Assembly: GCA_036522635.1 (NCBI GenBank)
Contig: DATDFM010000071.1
Span: 1 to 63,559, forward strand
Source of the DNA: Candidatus Udaeobacter sp.
GTDB lineage: Bacteria > Verrucomicrobiota > Verrucomicrobiia > Chthoniobacterales > UBA10450
DNA length: 63,559 nucleotides
Direction of reading: 5' to 3'
In this document: positions 24,394-34,300 of the stretch, piece by piece
Position numbering within the stretch: position 1 is the stretch's first letter
How the letters are laid out: every line of letters starts with the position of its first letter
The notes under the pieces: generated by a model
Seen by the model: the letters and a program-made list of their open reading frames with translations, nothing else
Told to the model about the DNA's origin: nothing
Databases searched by the model: none
Translations under genes and position numbers: made by a program

Positions 24394-26298
24394 TTGCTTC
24401 TGCTGTCGAAGCAAGCGCACTGTTTGCCGAATCCGCGCCAGACGATAAAATTAAGCGTGAGGGAGCAGAAAAAGTGCAGCGTTCGCCGCGCCTGCCGAAA
24501 ACTTGTTTTCGCAGTTAGTGTTCTATTCGCGGTAACCGTCGCGGAGGCGCAAGCTCCCAAGGCTTCGCCGGTAAAGGTTCCTCGCGCTCGTCCTGGGAAG
24601 AGCCTGGGGCGCCATGACGATTCGGTCGTCTCAAAACCGACGGCAGATCTCGCGCTGCGACCGCAAGCCGCGCATAAAGCAGACGCGCTGGCGCATTTCG
24701 TTGAAGGAATGGGATTCGAGGAAAATGGCGAAATGGAGCGCGCCTTGGATGCGTACCGGAAAGTGCTCAATGTCGATCCGGGTCAGTCGGAACTCGCTTC
24801 GCGAGTGGCGGGTTTGCTGATACAGCAGGATGACTTTCCGCAGGCCATCGACGTCTTGAAGGATGCCATCAAGGCAAACCCAAAAAACGCCGAGCCATAT
24901 CAGCAACTCGCTTTCATCTACACGAGGTACTTAAAGAAAACGGACCAGGCGATCGATTACGCCAATCGCGCTATCGCTCTGAACCCAGGAGATGTGGAAG
25001 GCTATCAACGCCTGGTTGAAATCGAACTCGCAGCGGGACAAGAGAGAAACGCGATTGGAGTTCTCGATCGCGCCCTGAAAGTGAATAGCAGTGATCCGAA
25101 TTTTTGGACACGCCTCGGAAAACTTTACGTGGCGATTCTTTTTAAATCAGATTCACAGCCGAAGCCTGAGGAACTGAAAAGAACTAACGAAGTTTTCAAA
25201 AAGGCAGCGGAGCGCGCCGACGACGATCCAGGCATTCTCAAGGAGGTAGCAGATTATTACGCAGCATCGCAGCAGTTAAAAGAAGCGATTCCGCTTTATT
25301 TGCGCGTTCTCGAGCTCCAGCCCGACGATGCCAACGCACAAGAGAAATTGGCGACCGGCTTTGTCCTGACAAACCAAAGAGATAAAGCAGTTGAGATGCT
25401 CGAGCAAATCATCAAAGAACACCCCGAGAAATATCAGCCGTACGATTTACTGGCCCAGGTGCTCGACGAGGAAGCACGATCGCTTCAGCGCGCAAATCGG
25501 ATCGAGGAAGCGAAAGCGAAGTTCGCCAAGGTCGCTGTTAATTATGAGCAAAGCCTCTTAATTAATCCAAATCACGCGGGAACCTACGTGCATCTCGCGG
25601 AGCTGCTCCTGGGGCCTTTGAGAAACGCCGAACGCGCAGTGAATTTGCTGGGCGACGCACGCCGCCGATTTCCGGGAGCCCCGGAGATCGTCTATTACCT
25701 GGCGATAGCGCAGCGGGAAGCAAAACAAAGTCAACAAGCAGTGGCCACATTCGAAGAGGCATTGCACGAAGCTCAAATCGAAGAGGATGACGACTTTGTA
25801 AACGCGAAATTTTACTTCAATTACGGAGCGGCTGCCGAACAGGCAGGTTTGTACGACAAGGCCACCGATTTGCTTCGTAAGTCGATTGCGCTCGATCCCG
25901 ACAACTCAGCCGAGACCTGCAATTACCTGGGCTTCATGTGGGCCGATCACAACATGAACCTGGACGAAGCTGAAACCATGATCAGACGGGCGTTGCAGTC
26001 CGAACCAAACAATACTTCCTACCTCGATAGTCTGGGCTGGGTGGAATTTCGGAAGGGTCAGTATGATCGAGCGTTGGACAACCTGCTCCGCGCTGCCAAA
26101 ACCGCCGAGCGCGAAGATCCAGTCGTGTTTGAACACATCGGCGACACTTACTTGAAGTTGAATCGGACCCGGGAAGCATTGGAAGCGTGGCAGAAAGCAC
26201 TGACGCTGGATCCGAAAAACAAAAATCTCGTCGATAAAATCCAGGCTACGAAAAAGACCATCGGGAAGAATTTACCGGAAAAGATCAATCCCACCTAA
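24394..26298 (+). CDS. TPR-repeat protein with N-terminal signal peptide
   Basis: 634 aa. LVFAVSVLFAVTVAEAQA signal sequence, then many 34-aa TPR-like repeats (A..Y..AL.L.P....A). The true start may lie a few codons downstream. Confidence 0.8.
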   Translation: MLLLSKQAHCLPNPRQTIKLSVREQKKCSVRRACRKLVFAVSVLFAVTVAEAQAPKASPVKVPRARPGKSLGRHDDSVVSKPTADLALRPQAAHKADALAHFVEGMGFEENGEMERALDAYRKVLNVDPGQSELASRVAGLLIQQDDFPQAIDVLKDAIKANPKNAEPYQQLAFIYTRYLKKTDQAIDYANRAIALNPGDVEGYQRLVEIELAAGQERNAIGVLDRALKVNSSDPNFWTRLGKLYVAILFKSDSQPKPEELKRTNEVFKKAAERADDDPGILKEVADYYAASQQLKEAIPLYLRVLELQPDDANAQEKLATGFVLTNQRDKAVEMLEQIIKEHPEKYQPYDLLAQVLDEEARSLQRANRIEEAKAKFAKVAVNYEQSLLINPNHAGTYVHLAELLLGPLRNAERAVNLLGDARRRFPGAPEIVYYLAIAQREAKQSQQAVATFEEALHEAQIEEDDDFVNAKFYFNYGAAAEQAGLYDKATDLLRKSIALDPDNSAETCNYLGFMWADHNMNLDEAETMIRRALQSEPNNTSYLDSLGWVEFRKGQYDRALDNLLRAAKTAEREDPVVFEHIGDTYLKLNRTREALEAWQKALTLDPKNKNLVDKIQATKKTIGKNLPEKINPT

Positions 26299-26369
26299 CA
26301 AGTGCGCTGACATCGGGTACCGTTATGGGGGCTGCACATTTGCGGCTCGACATCTCGACAGGTTGAGAA

Positions 26370-27731
26370 ATGAAGGATTACCCCACACCGTGGCAACGCA
26401 AGATGATGTGGGCGGCGCTGACCGCCTGTTTCCTGGTCGTTCTCGTCGTCATCGTTGCCGCCGTGATCTGGGCTGGCGCCGGCATCATCAGTTTTCTCCA
26501 GCCCATTCTGATTCCAGTGGCGATTGCCGCAATTCTTGCCTATCTGCTCGATCCGCTGGTCACGAAAATGTCTCGCGGAGCTCTTACTCGCACCAAGGCT
26601 ATCGCGCTGCTGTTCGCAATTGCGTTCTTTGCATTGGGCGGATTAGCAGCATGGGTTGTTCCGACGATCTCCGTACAGAGTGCAAACTTCACCAGGCAAA
26701 TTCCCTCCTACACCGAACGGGCTCGGAATTATATCGTCGACTTTATCTATCGGTTTGATCAGACATTTGGCTTTCTTGGCGCAGGGCAGACCAAATCCGC
26801 TTCACGAAATCTTACCAATTTCCTGATCGGCCCGGGTCCGTCCCCTTCTCCGCACCGACCGACGACTGCGAGTCCGACCGTATCGCCGCAAGTATCGACT
26901 CCGACCACCGAGGTAATCGCACCGACCCAACCGAAGCTGAGCAGCGCCGAACGTCAGCGCATTCAAGCCTACGTGGAAAAACAAATGCCGAAACTGCAGG
27001 ACGCGCTTCCCATTTTGCTCGGAAAATTGTGGCACATTTTGAAGACCAGCATCGGTGGATTTCTCGGCGCCACAGGCTTCTTGCTGAGTCTTATTCTCGT
27101 GCCGGTATATTTGTTTTTTCTTTTGAAAGAAAAGCCGCGCATTGAGGAAAGATGGACCGACTACCTGCCGTTGCGCGCGTCGCCGCTCAAGAACGAGGTG
27201 GTGGAGGTAATATCACAAATCAACTCGTACGTTGTCGCGTACTTCCGCGGTCAGCTTCTTGTCTGTTTGATTGACGGCATTCTCATCGGTGGCGCGTTGA
27301 CAGCAATTGGTCTGAATTTTGCGCCTGTCATCGGTGCAATGGTGGTAGTGCTTACCATGATTCCGTATATCGGAATCATCATTTGTTGGGTGCCGGCTGT
27401 TCTTATCGCGGCGTTTCAATGGGGCGATTGGACGCACCCGATCATCGTGACGTTGATCTTCATCATTATCCAAAACCTGGAAGGGCTTTTTTACGCGCCA
27501 CGGATCGTTGGAAACTACGTTGGATTACATCCGATGACGGTAATTGTGTCGATTTTTGTCTGGGGTCTGATCATTGGGGGAGTCATCGGTCCGCTTCTTG
27601 CCGTGCCACTAACTGCAACGTTGAAAGTGCTTTTCGGGCGTTACGTTTGGGGCCGAAGTTTGCGAGAAGAGGCTGCGCCGATCAAAACCGTTCTCACTGT
27701 AGAAGAAATCGGGGTACCTACTCATCGTTAG
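26370..27731 (+). CDS. AI-2E family transporter (PerM/UPF0118)
   Basis: 453 aa, multi-TM. Family-typical MIPYIGIIICWVPAVLIAAF region. Carries a Pro/Ser/Thr-rich insertion at about aa 154-189. Confidence 0.8.
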   Translation: MKDYPTPWQRKMMWAALTACFLVVLVVIVAAVIWAGAGIISFLQPILIPVAIAAILAYLLDPLVTKMSRGALTRTKAIALLFAIAFFALGGLAAWVVPTISVQSANFTRQIPSYTERARNYIVDFIYRFDQTFGFLGAGQTKSASRNLTNFLIGPGPSPSPHRPTTASPTVSPQVSTPTTEVIAPTQPKLSSAERQRIQAYVEKQMPKLQDALPILLGKLWHILKTSIGGFLGATGFLLSLILVPVYLFFLLKEKPRIEERWTDYLPLRASPLKNEVVEVISQINSYVVAYFRGQLLVCLIDGILIGGALTAIGLNFAPVIGAMVVVLTMIPYIGIIICWVPAVLIAAFQWGDWTHPIIVTLIFIIIQNLEGLFYAPRIVGNYVGLHPMTVIVSIFVWGLIIGGVIGPLLAVPLTATLKVLFGRYVWGRSLREEAAPIKTVLTVEEIGVPTHR

Positions 27732-27748
27732 CACAGCAAAAACGTGCA

Positions 27749-29614
27749 ATGAAAAAGGGAAATGGATCGAGTGGCGTTGAAACTGCGCATGAAGTCCCAG
27801 GTCATTTCGAACAAGCACGTGGTCGGCAATCGTTTAGCGGAAATCATTCGAAATTGTACCCGAAGCTTACCAGAACTCGGCGTACAGTAGCGATTGCAGG
27901 ACTGGCAATCGCTTTATTAGTAGGCGTTTTCGTCATCAGTTACGGCTCAAAACTGTACGAGAACTGGCGCGAACGCGGCTTACTGCAAAAAGCCACTACA
28001 TTTTTACAAGAGGGAAAGTTCAGCAAAGCAGCGGAAATGGCGCTGGAACTCGCCCGCCGGCAGCCCAATTCTGTCGCAGCGCTGTCGGTCCTGGCAGACG
28101 CAGCGGAACGGCAAAATCTGGAGGAGGCAGTTGCCTGGCGCGAGCAGATAGCGCGATTGCTGCCAAAAGATCCGGAGAGTCAGCTCAACTTTGCCTCTGC
28201 AGCGCTCCGCTTTGGAAAGCTCGATTTCGCCCGTGAAGCGCTGAATCGAGTCTCTCCTGGTGATCGGGACAGCGCAGCATTTCATGTCGTTGCTGGTTGG
28301 CTGGCGCGCGCAGAAGGTAATTTTGCCGAACAGGAAGAACAATTCGCAGCTGCGGTAACAAAAGAACCGCAGAACGACCTGTATCAATTCAATCTGGCGG
28401 CACTCCAAATTCATTCCAAAGACACGGAAAAAAGTAAGAACGCACGCGACACGCTCGAGCGGCTTAGCACCATAGTTCAATATCGAACCGGCGCGCTGCG
28501 AGCCTTGCTCAATGATGCCGTGGATCGTAATGACCGCCCGGCGGCAGATAATTTTGCGCAACAACTCCAAATGTCGCCAGAGGTTACATTCGGCGATTAC
28601 CTGCTTTGCCTGAACTTTTATCGAAAGCTAGACGAAAAAAAATTCCGGCAACTGCTTGAAAAAGTGAAACCCTTTGCGGCACGTGATGCATCTGATCTCG
28701 CATCGCTGATCGAATGGATGAATGAGAACGGACTTGCCGGAGACGTTGTGAAATGGGTCGACAAATTGCCGGCAACGAAACTGAGCTCGCCGCCTGCCGG
28801 TGTCGCAGTCGCTGATGCTTATGCAACGTTGAAAGGTTGGTCGCGTCTAAAACGTTGGACGCGCGGTGGCGATTGGGGCGACGCCGAATACCTGCGTCTG
28901 GCGTACGATGCAATCGCAGAGCGGCACCTGAGATCAGGCAACACCTCCCAGTTCGAAGAGCTTTGGCGGTCTGCCGTCAGATCGTCAGCAGACGACCCGG
29001 AACAGACACTTACCCTCGCCCGACTCGCTACAAAATCGCAACTGGCGAACCAGGCCGAAGAACTTTGGGTGGGCGTCGAAGAAAATCCAACGATGCGCCG
29101 TGAAGCGCTCGATAATCTTCGCGAGCTGTATCGGGCCAGGAACGAAACGACGAAGCTGTATTCAGTTCTTGAACGGCTCCATGAAAGTTCGCCTAACGAG
29201 GCACCGATCACCGCCGACCTGGGGCGACTCGGCCTGAATCTTAATGAAAATATTGAACGCTCACATCAATTCGCAAGGGAGGCTTATGACCGCGCACCGA
29301 ATGACATTAGTTGCGCATTAACGTATGCTTTTTCACTTCATCGCCTCGGCAGAAACGCAGAGGCTCTTAGCATTGTCCAAGGTTTGCCCCCTGAACAGCT
29401 GCACGATGGCCACACAGCGGTTTACGTCGCCGTGGTGTTCGCCGAGGCAAATGAACTCGAGACGGCGAAGCAGTACATAACTGCTGCCGAGAACAGCAAA
29501 CTCTACCCGGAAGAGAAAAAGCTGCTCGAAGAAGCAAAGACGAAGCTCATCGCGCCGCCTGCAATTGCGCCTCCGACAGAGTCGGCGCCACGCAGCGGGA
29601 CACCACCACTGTAG
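27749..29614 (+). CDS. Membrane-anchored TPR-repeat protein
   Basis: Start taken at MKKGNGSSG (27749). One TM segment, VAIAGLAIALLVGVFVISY, followed by TPR-like repeats. The ORF-track extension back to 27383 overlaps the preceding gene. Confidence 0.75.
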   Translation: MKKGNGSSGVETAHEVPGHFEQARGRQSFSGNHSKLYPKLTRTRRTVAIAGLAIALLVGVFVISYGSKLYENWRERGLLQKATTFLQEGKFSKAAEMALELARRQPNSVAALSVLADAAERQNLEEAVAWREQIARLLPKDPESQLNFASAALRFGKLDFAREALNRVSPGDRDSAAFHVVAGWLARAEGNFAEQEEQFAAAVTKEPQNDLYQFNLAALQIHSKDTEKSKNARDTLERLSTIVQYRTGALRALLNDAVDRNDRPAADNFAQQLQMSPEVTFGDYLLCLNFYRKLDEKKFRQLLEKVKPFAARDASDLASLIEWMNENGLAGDVVKWVDKLPATKLSSPPAGVAVADAYATLKGWSRLKRWTRGGDWGDAEYLRLAYDAIAERHLRSGNTSQFEELWRSAVRSSADDPEQTLTLARLATKSQLANQAEELWVGVEENPTMRREALDNLRELYRARNETTKLYSVLERLHESSPNEAPITADLGRLGLNLNENIERSHQFAREAYDRAPNDISCALTYAFSLHRLGRNAEALSIVQGLPPEQLHDGHTAVYVAVVFAEANELETAKQYITAAENSKLYPEEKKLLEEAKTKLIAPPAIAPPTESAPRSGTPPL

Positions 29615-29635
29615 AGTCCGCTCTCCTCAGCGGAC
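29611..29635. repeat. Single GTAG + hairpin (REP-like singlet)
   Basis: GTAG (29611-14, which also supplies the TAG stop of the TPR gene), then GTCCGCT-ctcctc-AGCGGAC. Confidence 0.4.
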
Positions 29636-29680
29636 GAGCAGTGGAAATGCACTGAGGATAACGGATGCCACACTCTGCGT

Positions 29681-30496
29681 TCATTCTTGTTTCCCTATTG
29701 CGTCTGTCCAGTGAGCGATGTCTTTCTCGCTCATTCGAACACGTTCTTCCAAGCGTGCATCTTCAAAGCCCCAGTCCTGTACGTCCACCAGATACTGCTG
29801 CCGCGAGAGGAGCGTGCCGCGGCATAGTCTTTCAGGCCCTGCAGTCCTTGCTTCGCCGCGGAGCCGCTTAATTAGCTCCTCTATGATCTCCGCCGGGATT
29901 TGCGTGCGTTCGCCGGGATAGATGTAGCCGAACAGAACCAAATGGCTGAGTAACACCCGCCAATCAGCACCGAAGCGACGAACCAGGTGCTGCCAGTCGA
30001 TATCCGCCGCGCAGCAGCGAAGAATGTGTGCAATGTCGGCTCCATCGAATCGTTCGCGTTCCATGATGTACGCCTTCATCCAGATCATTTCCTCAGGCGC
30101 GCAAAGTTTCACCGGTACGCCCAGCAGCTCGTCGTCGCGCGCCCGGTCGAACCATGAATCATCCACTTCGCACAATCCATTGCCGGCGCGAAAAATCAGA
30201 TCAAGGATGTCTCCGTCACAGGTCGCTTTGGCCAACCAATGCGGGAATGTCAGTTCGGTTTTGTACCCCTCGCGCGCCAATGCTCTGAACGCAGGGTTCA
30301 CGTGCTTTGGCCGGACATACAGATCGAAGTCTTTTGTGCTACGCGACACACCTCCGCACACCTCCACCATGTATGCTCCGCCAATCAGGAACGGAACATC
30401 GGCAGCATGCAGCGCTGCAACTGATCTGCGATGGAACTCAGTAGGGCTGCCTTCGCCAGGCATAGCTGGAACTGCCGTTGCTGTGGTCACAGTCAT
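29681..30496 (-). CDS. Nucleotidyltransferase-fold protein (uncharacterised NTase family)
   Basis: 271 aa. Minimal NTase signature FLIGGAYMVEVCGGVSRSTKDFDLYV (G[GS]...DxD). Confidence 0.5.
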   Translation of the reverse strand: MTVTTATAVPAMPGEGSPTEFHRRSVAALHAADVPFLIGGAYMVEVCGGVSRSTKDFDLYVRPKHVNPAFRALAREGYKTELTFPHWLAKATCDGDILDLIFRAGNGLCEVDDSWFDRARDDELLGVPVKLCAPEEMIWMKAYIMERERFDGADIAHILRCCAADIDWQHLVRRFGADWRVLLSHLVLFGYIYPGERTQIPAEIIEELIKRLRGEARTAGPERLCRGTLLSRQQYLVDVQDWGFEDARLEERVRMSEKDIAHWTDAIGKQE

Positions 30497-30597
30497 TACT
30501 CATCAATTACGCAGTTGAACCAGTGCACGCGTGCATGGCCAGCGGTGTCGCTCAGGCGAAACGTCCATCCTTAGCGCCCCTTCCGTTTCTTAAAGCG

Positions 30598-31317
30598 ATG
30601 GCAAAAGGAGGATTGCGCATCGCTGCGACAGCAGATCTTCACTACGCGAAACATTCGCGCGGAAAGATGCACGATGCATTTGCCGAGATCTCAAGTAGCG
30701 CGGACGTACTGCTCCTGTGCGGCGATCTTACCGAGTACGGACTTCCCGAAGAAGCAGAAGAACTCGCTGCCGATATTCGCAGCGCAGTGAGAATCCCGTG
30801 TATCGGTGTTATTGGTAACCATGATTATGAATCTGGACACCCGGAAGCCGTTGCGAATATTCTCGATCAAACCGGCGTGACCATGCTCAACGGCGAAGCG
30901 GTCGAGATCGCCGGGATTGGATTTGCCGGCATCTGCGGATTCGGCGGCGGTTTCGGACGGAGGATGCTGAACGCGTGGGGCGAGCCGCTCATTAAGCAAT
31001 TCGTGCAGGAGTCAATCAGCCACGCCATTCGCTTGGAACAGGCTCTGGTGAAGCTGCAAACTGAACGCCGAGTAGTGGTCCTGCATTACTCTCCCATTCG
31101 CGAGACGTTGCAGGGGGAAGATCCTGAAATCTATCCTTTCCTGGGTTCGAGTCGTCTCGAAGAACCAATAAACCGATTCCGCGCCACGGCGGTATTCCAT
31201 GGTCACGCCCACAACGGAGTTACCGACGGCAAAACTTCGACGGGTATTCCCGTTTACAACATCTCGGCGCCTGTGCTGCACAAAACCGGAAAGCCGTACC
31301 GAATCATCGAACTGTAA
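30598..31317 (+). CDS. Calcineurin-like metallophosphoesterase
   Basis: Motifs ATADLHY, CGDLTE, GNHDYE, VLHYSP and HGHAHNG. Start taken at MAKGGLRIAA; the ORF is open from 30478. Confidence 0.8.
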   Translation: MAKGGLRIAATADLHYAKHSRGKMHDAFAEISSSADVLLLCGDLTEYGLPEEAEELAADIRSAVRIPCIGVIGNHDYESGHPEAVANILDQTGVTMLNGEAVEIAGIGFAGICGFGGGFGRRMLNAWGEPLIKQFVQESISHAIRLEQALVKLQTERRVVVLHYSPIRETLQGEDPEIYPFLGSSRLEEPINRFRATAVFHGHAHNGVTDGKTSTGIPVYNISAPVLHKTGKPYRIIEL

Positions 31318-31414
31318 CGTGTGTCGGATATTCGCCGTTCAAGGCTTGTCAGAGCAAGCGACTGGGATTTGCAATATTTAATCACATATTGTGATCAAAA
31401 AATTGAAATCGAGT

Positions 31415-32014
31415 TTATCGTAACCTTCTTGCCCCTATGAGCTCCCATGCTTCGACGTCTGTGCCGTTTTGAGTAGGTGAAAGACAACGGATCGCTTGGA
31501 GCGAATGGAAAGCGATCTCTGAAAATGGCACTTTGATTGAAGCCGCCAATTGGGTTCGAGTTGTGGCTGCCAAATTCTTGTAAAGCAAACTCAAGTGCGG
31601 TTTTAGTTCGTACTTCGACAAATCGTTCGCCGCCTCGCGAATGACATCATTGATGCGTCGCAGTTTTGCGTTCATGGCGAATTGTACAAACAACGTTTTG
31701 ACAAATTCCTCGGAATGATCAAGGCCAACCGGTTTCAACCCGATGGGGTCGCATTCGCGCGCTGCTTCCACGAGCGCGTTTTCGGCTGCACTAGCCTGAT
31801 CCGTTCCAACGTGAACTGTCACGTGCGGCTCGAAAACAGGCGCATCGTGTCGGCGCGCGAGATCGTCAATGATTCGCTGGAAGAAGCCATATGCCGGCTC
31901 GGACGGGATAAGCCAGTATGCGGTGACAGTTTGCCTGGTCACGAGGCTGCTACGTGCTCCCACTGGAAGTCCATTTCTGCAATTCGACGATGTTACCTTC
32001 AGGATCTCGCGCAT
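31415..32014 (-). CDS. 2H phosphoesterase superfamily protein (LigT / cyclic phosphodiesterase-like)
   Basis: Two H-x-T/S motifs, PHVTVHVG and PHLSLLYK. With ATG at 32014 it overlaps the upstream VOC gene by 65 nt. An alternative GTG at 31942 (VTRQTVTAYWLIP) would remove the overlap. Confidence 0.7.
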   Translation of the reverse strand: MREILKVTSSNCRNGLPVGARSSLVTRQTVTAYWLIPSEPAYGFFQRIIDDLARRHDAPVFEPHVTVHVGTDQASAAENALVEAARECDPIGLKPVGLDHSEEFVKTLFVQFAMNAKLRRINDVIREAANDLSKYELKPHLSLLYKNLAATTRTQLAASIKVPFSEIAFHSLQAIRCLSPTQNGTDVEAWELIGARRLR

Positions 32015-32420
32015 AGACGAGCCGGATCAGACCCGCGCCTCGCACTTCTCCGGTCGCTATTTCCCCCACTGTACCCCCTCCGCCTGCGATCACTGCTTGT
32101 AACGCTTCATCCACGTTGTCTACCGCGAACGCAATATGGCCGAACCCGCACTCGTTAGCTCTAGGCAGTTCGCGTTCGATCCACTGGTCGTAGCTGAAAA
32201 TCTCGAGCGTAGGCCCGTCGTTGTCGTATCCAGGTAAACGGAGATGAACCCCACGAAGACGCGCGTTCGGAACCGAATTGACTTGATCCAGCCATATTGC
32301 AGACAGATCGCGTTCCGGACCTTTGACTTCGCATCCGAAAACCTCGCGATAGAATTGGACCAGCCTTTTCCAATCTCTGGCTATCAGATTGGTGTGCACG
32401 TATTTTGCGCGAATTGGCAT
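31950..32420 (-). CDS. VOC (glyoxalase/bleomycin-resistance/dioxygenase) family protein
   Basis: Start taken at MPIRAKYVHTNLIARDW, preceded by AAGGA. Typical beta-alpha-beta-beta-beta VOC pattern (HIAFAVDNVDEA, GNIVELQ). The ORF is open to 32453. Confidence 0.75.
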   Translation of the reverse strand: MPIRAKYVHTNLIARDWKRLVQFYREVFGCEVKGPERDLSAIWLDQVNSVPNARLRGVHLRLPGYDNDGPTLEIFSYDQWIERELPRANECGFGHIAFAVDNVDEALQAVIAGGGGTVGEIATGEVRGAGLIRLVYARDPEGNIVELQKWTSSGST

Positions 32421-32468
32421 TCTTTTATCCTTGGTTACCCTTACAACTATCATAATTGATCTGCCGAT

Positions 32469-32554
32469 GTCATTCTGAGCGGAGCGAAGAATTTCTAATG
32501 ACTTCCCAATTGCTGGGATGAAAAATTGAGATGTTTACTTCGCTCAACATGACA
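32469..32554. repeat. GTCATTCTGAGCG-type inverted-repeat element, copy a (86 nt)
   Basis: Left end GTCATTCTGAGCGGAGCGAAGAAT, right end TTTACTTCGCTCAACATGACA. GCGAAG/CTTCGC pair. Confidence 0.75.
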
Positions 32555-32581
32555 GCAGGAAAAATTGACTGAACTTGCGGC

Positions 32582-32947
32582 ATGCCGACGAATGTTTTGG
32601 GAACGGAGTTGAAGTGTTGTTGTCGCGATCCGATGACCGGTTTTTACCGCGACGGCTATTGCCGAACAGGACCGGACGACGTGGGCCAGCACACTGTTTG
32701 CGTGCAAGTCACAGAAGAATTTCTGGATTTCTCCGTGCTGGACGGAAACGACCTGGTCACGCCACGTCCGGAGTGGGGTTTTCCCGGATTGAAACCCGGC
32801 GATAGGTGGTGTGTGTGCGTCACGCGTTGGAAAAGTGCGCTCGATCATAATCGTGCGGCGCCTGTCGATCTCGAAGCGACACACGCTTCCGCGCTCGAGT
32901 TTGTCACCCTGGAAGAACTAAAGGCGCACGCGATAATTAAGGCCTAA
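32582..32947 (+). CDS. DUF2237 family protein
   Basis: 121 aa. MPTNVLGTELKCCCRDPMTGFYRDGYCRTGPDDVGQHTVC...GLKPGDRWCVC matches the DUF2237 pattern as I remember it. Confidence 0.8.
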   Translation: MPTNVLGTELKCCCRDPMTGFYRDGYCRTGPDDVGQHTVCVQVTEEFLDFSVLDGNDLVTPRPEWGFPGLKPGDRWCVCVTRWKSALDHNRAAPVDLEATHASALEFVTLEELKAHAIIKA

Positions 32948-33005
32948 CAAACTTCGGCAGACCGCGGTTGAATCCAGCGGAGTTTGCCGCCACGCTAGGA
33001 ATGAA

Positions 33006-34298
33006 TTGAAGCTTCCTTTTAGTCTGTTTTTAGCGCTGCGGTATCTGAAACCGAAGCGCACATTTTTGTCGATCATCACGTTGATTTCGGTGATTGGCGT
33101 GATGCTCGGTGTGACTGTGCTGATCCTGGTGATCGCGGTGATGACGGGATTCGATCGGGAGCTACGCCAAAAGGTGATCGATTTCGACGCGCACATTCTC
33201 GTCACTTCCGAGGACGTGTTCCGCGATTGGCGACCGCTCAAGGCGAAAATCGATAAAACACCGGGCGTAGTCGCCACAGCTCCTTTTGTCCAGGGACCGG
33301 TCATTGTGGAATACCATAACCGCCGGCTCGCGCCGCTGATCCGCGGCATTGATCCCGCGCAGGAAGAGAAAGTCATTCCCCTCCAAAAGTTCATTAAATT
33401 CGGCAAGCTCGATCTCGAAGGTGAATCAACGGTACTCGGAATTGAGCTGGCGCGAAAACTCGGAGTCACGGTCGGCGACAAAGTGACAATTTATTCGCCG
33501 GGTAATCTTGGCCAGGTCTTGGACAGCATTAAGAGACTGGAGAATGCGAAGGGCGATGAAGAGAAAAAAGCGATCGATGAATTGCGGGATGTGATCCTGC
33601 CGAAAGAACTGACTGTCACCGGCATTTTCGAAACCGGACATTACCTGCACGATTCCGAGTTTTTGCTTGTGCCGGTTTACGTCGGCCAGGAGCTATATGG
33701 GCTGGGCGACGCATTGCATGGAATCACCGTCAAGACGGACAATCCTTACAGCGCTGAACGTGTGAAAGAGGAGATCCAGCGATTCCTTGAGCCACCGCAA
33801 TACGCACAGACCTGGATCGACATGAATCGCCAATATTTTGAAGCCGTGCGATTGGAACGCACGGTCATGTTTTTCCTTTTGTTCTTCATTGTCATCGTGG
33901 CGGCTTTTGGAATCATGAGCACACTCATCACCGTAACGGTGCAAAAGCGGCACGAGATCGGAATCGTGAAAGCGCTAGGGGCCAATATTGCGCAAATCGT
34001 CTGGGTGTTCCTTGGTCAGGGAACAATTGTAGGTCTGTTTGGAACGATGACTGGCTTGGGTCTTGGGATGACGCTGATTCGATACCGCAACGAGTTCAGT
34101 CGCTGGCTGGCGTCGACATTGCACATCGAGATTTTCCCACGCGAGGTCTATCAATTCTCGTCGATCCCAGCCGAAGTCATTCCGCACGATGTTGCCATCA
34201 TCTGTATCAGCGCCTTTTTAATTTGTTCGTTCGCGGCGCTAATCCCCGCGTACTTCGCAGCGCGGCTCGACCCGGTAAAAGCGCTGCGTTACGAGTAG
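33006..34298 (+). CDS. Lipoprotein-releasing system permease (LolC/LolE, FtsX/MacB-type)
   Basis: 430 aa. N-terminus (TTG start) KLPFSLFLALRYLKPKR, a periplasmic domain between TM1 and TM2, and a C-terminal FtsX-type 3-TM bundle. Confidence 0.88.
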   Translation: MKLPFSLFLALRYLKPKRTFLSIITLISVIGVMLGVTVLILVIAVMTGFDRELRQKVIDFDAHILVTSEDVFRDWRPLKAKIDKTPGVVATAPFVQGPVIVEYHNRRLAPLIRGIDPAQEEKVIPLQKFIKFGKLDLEGESTVLGIELARKLGVTVGDKVTIYSPGNLGQVLDSIKRLENAKGDEEKKAIDELRDVILPKELTVTGIFETGHYLHDSEFLLVPVYVGQELYGLGDALHGITVKTDNPYSAERVKEEIQRFLEPPQYAQTWIDMNRQYFEAVRLERTVMFFLLFFIVIVAAFGIMSTLITVTVQKRHEIGIVKALGANIAQIVWVFLGQGTIVGLFGTMTGLGLGMTLIRYRNEFSRWLASTLHIEIFPREVYQFSSIPAEVIPHDVAIICISAFLICSFAALIPAYFAARLDPVKALRYE

Positions 34299-34300
34299 CA

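Noticed and set aside
27383-27748. N-terminal 122-codon extension of the TPR ORF 27383-29614
   Set aside because: It overlaps the 3' end of the AI-2E transporter gene in another frame and has an Arg/Cys-rich, non-protein-like composition. Met at 27749, 17 nt after the upstream stop, gives a sensible start.
31381-31395. Palindrome ATCACATATTGTGAT as a CRP-type operator or terminator
   Set aside because: The half-sites are in the reverse arrangement (TCACA-N3-TGTGA) relative to the CRP consensus TGTGA-N6-TCACA. As a hairpin it is AT-rich with no proper U-tract. It is a single occurrence and unsupported.
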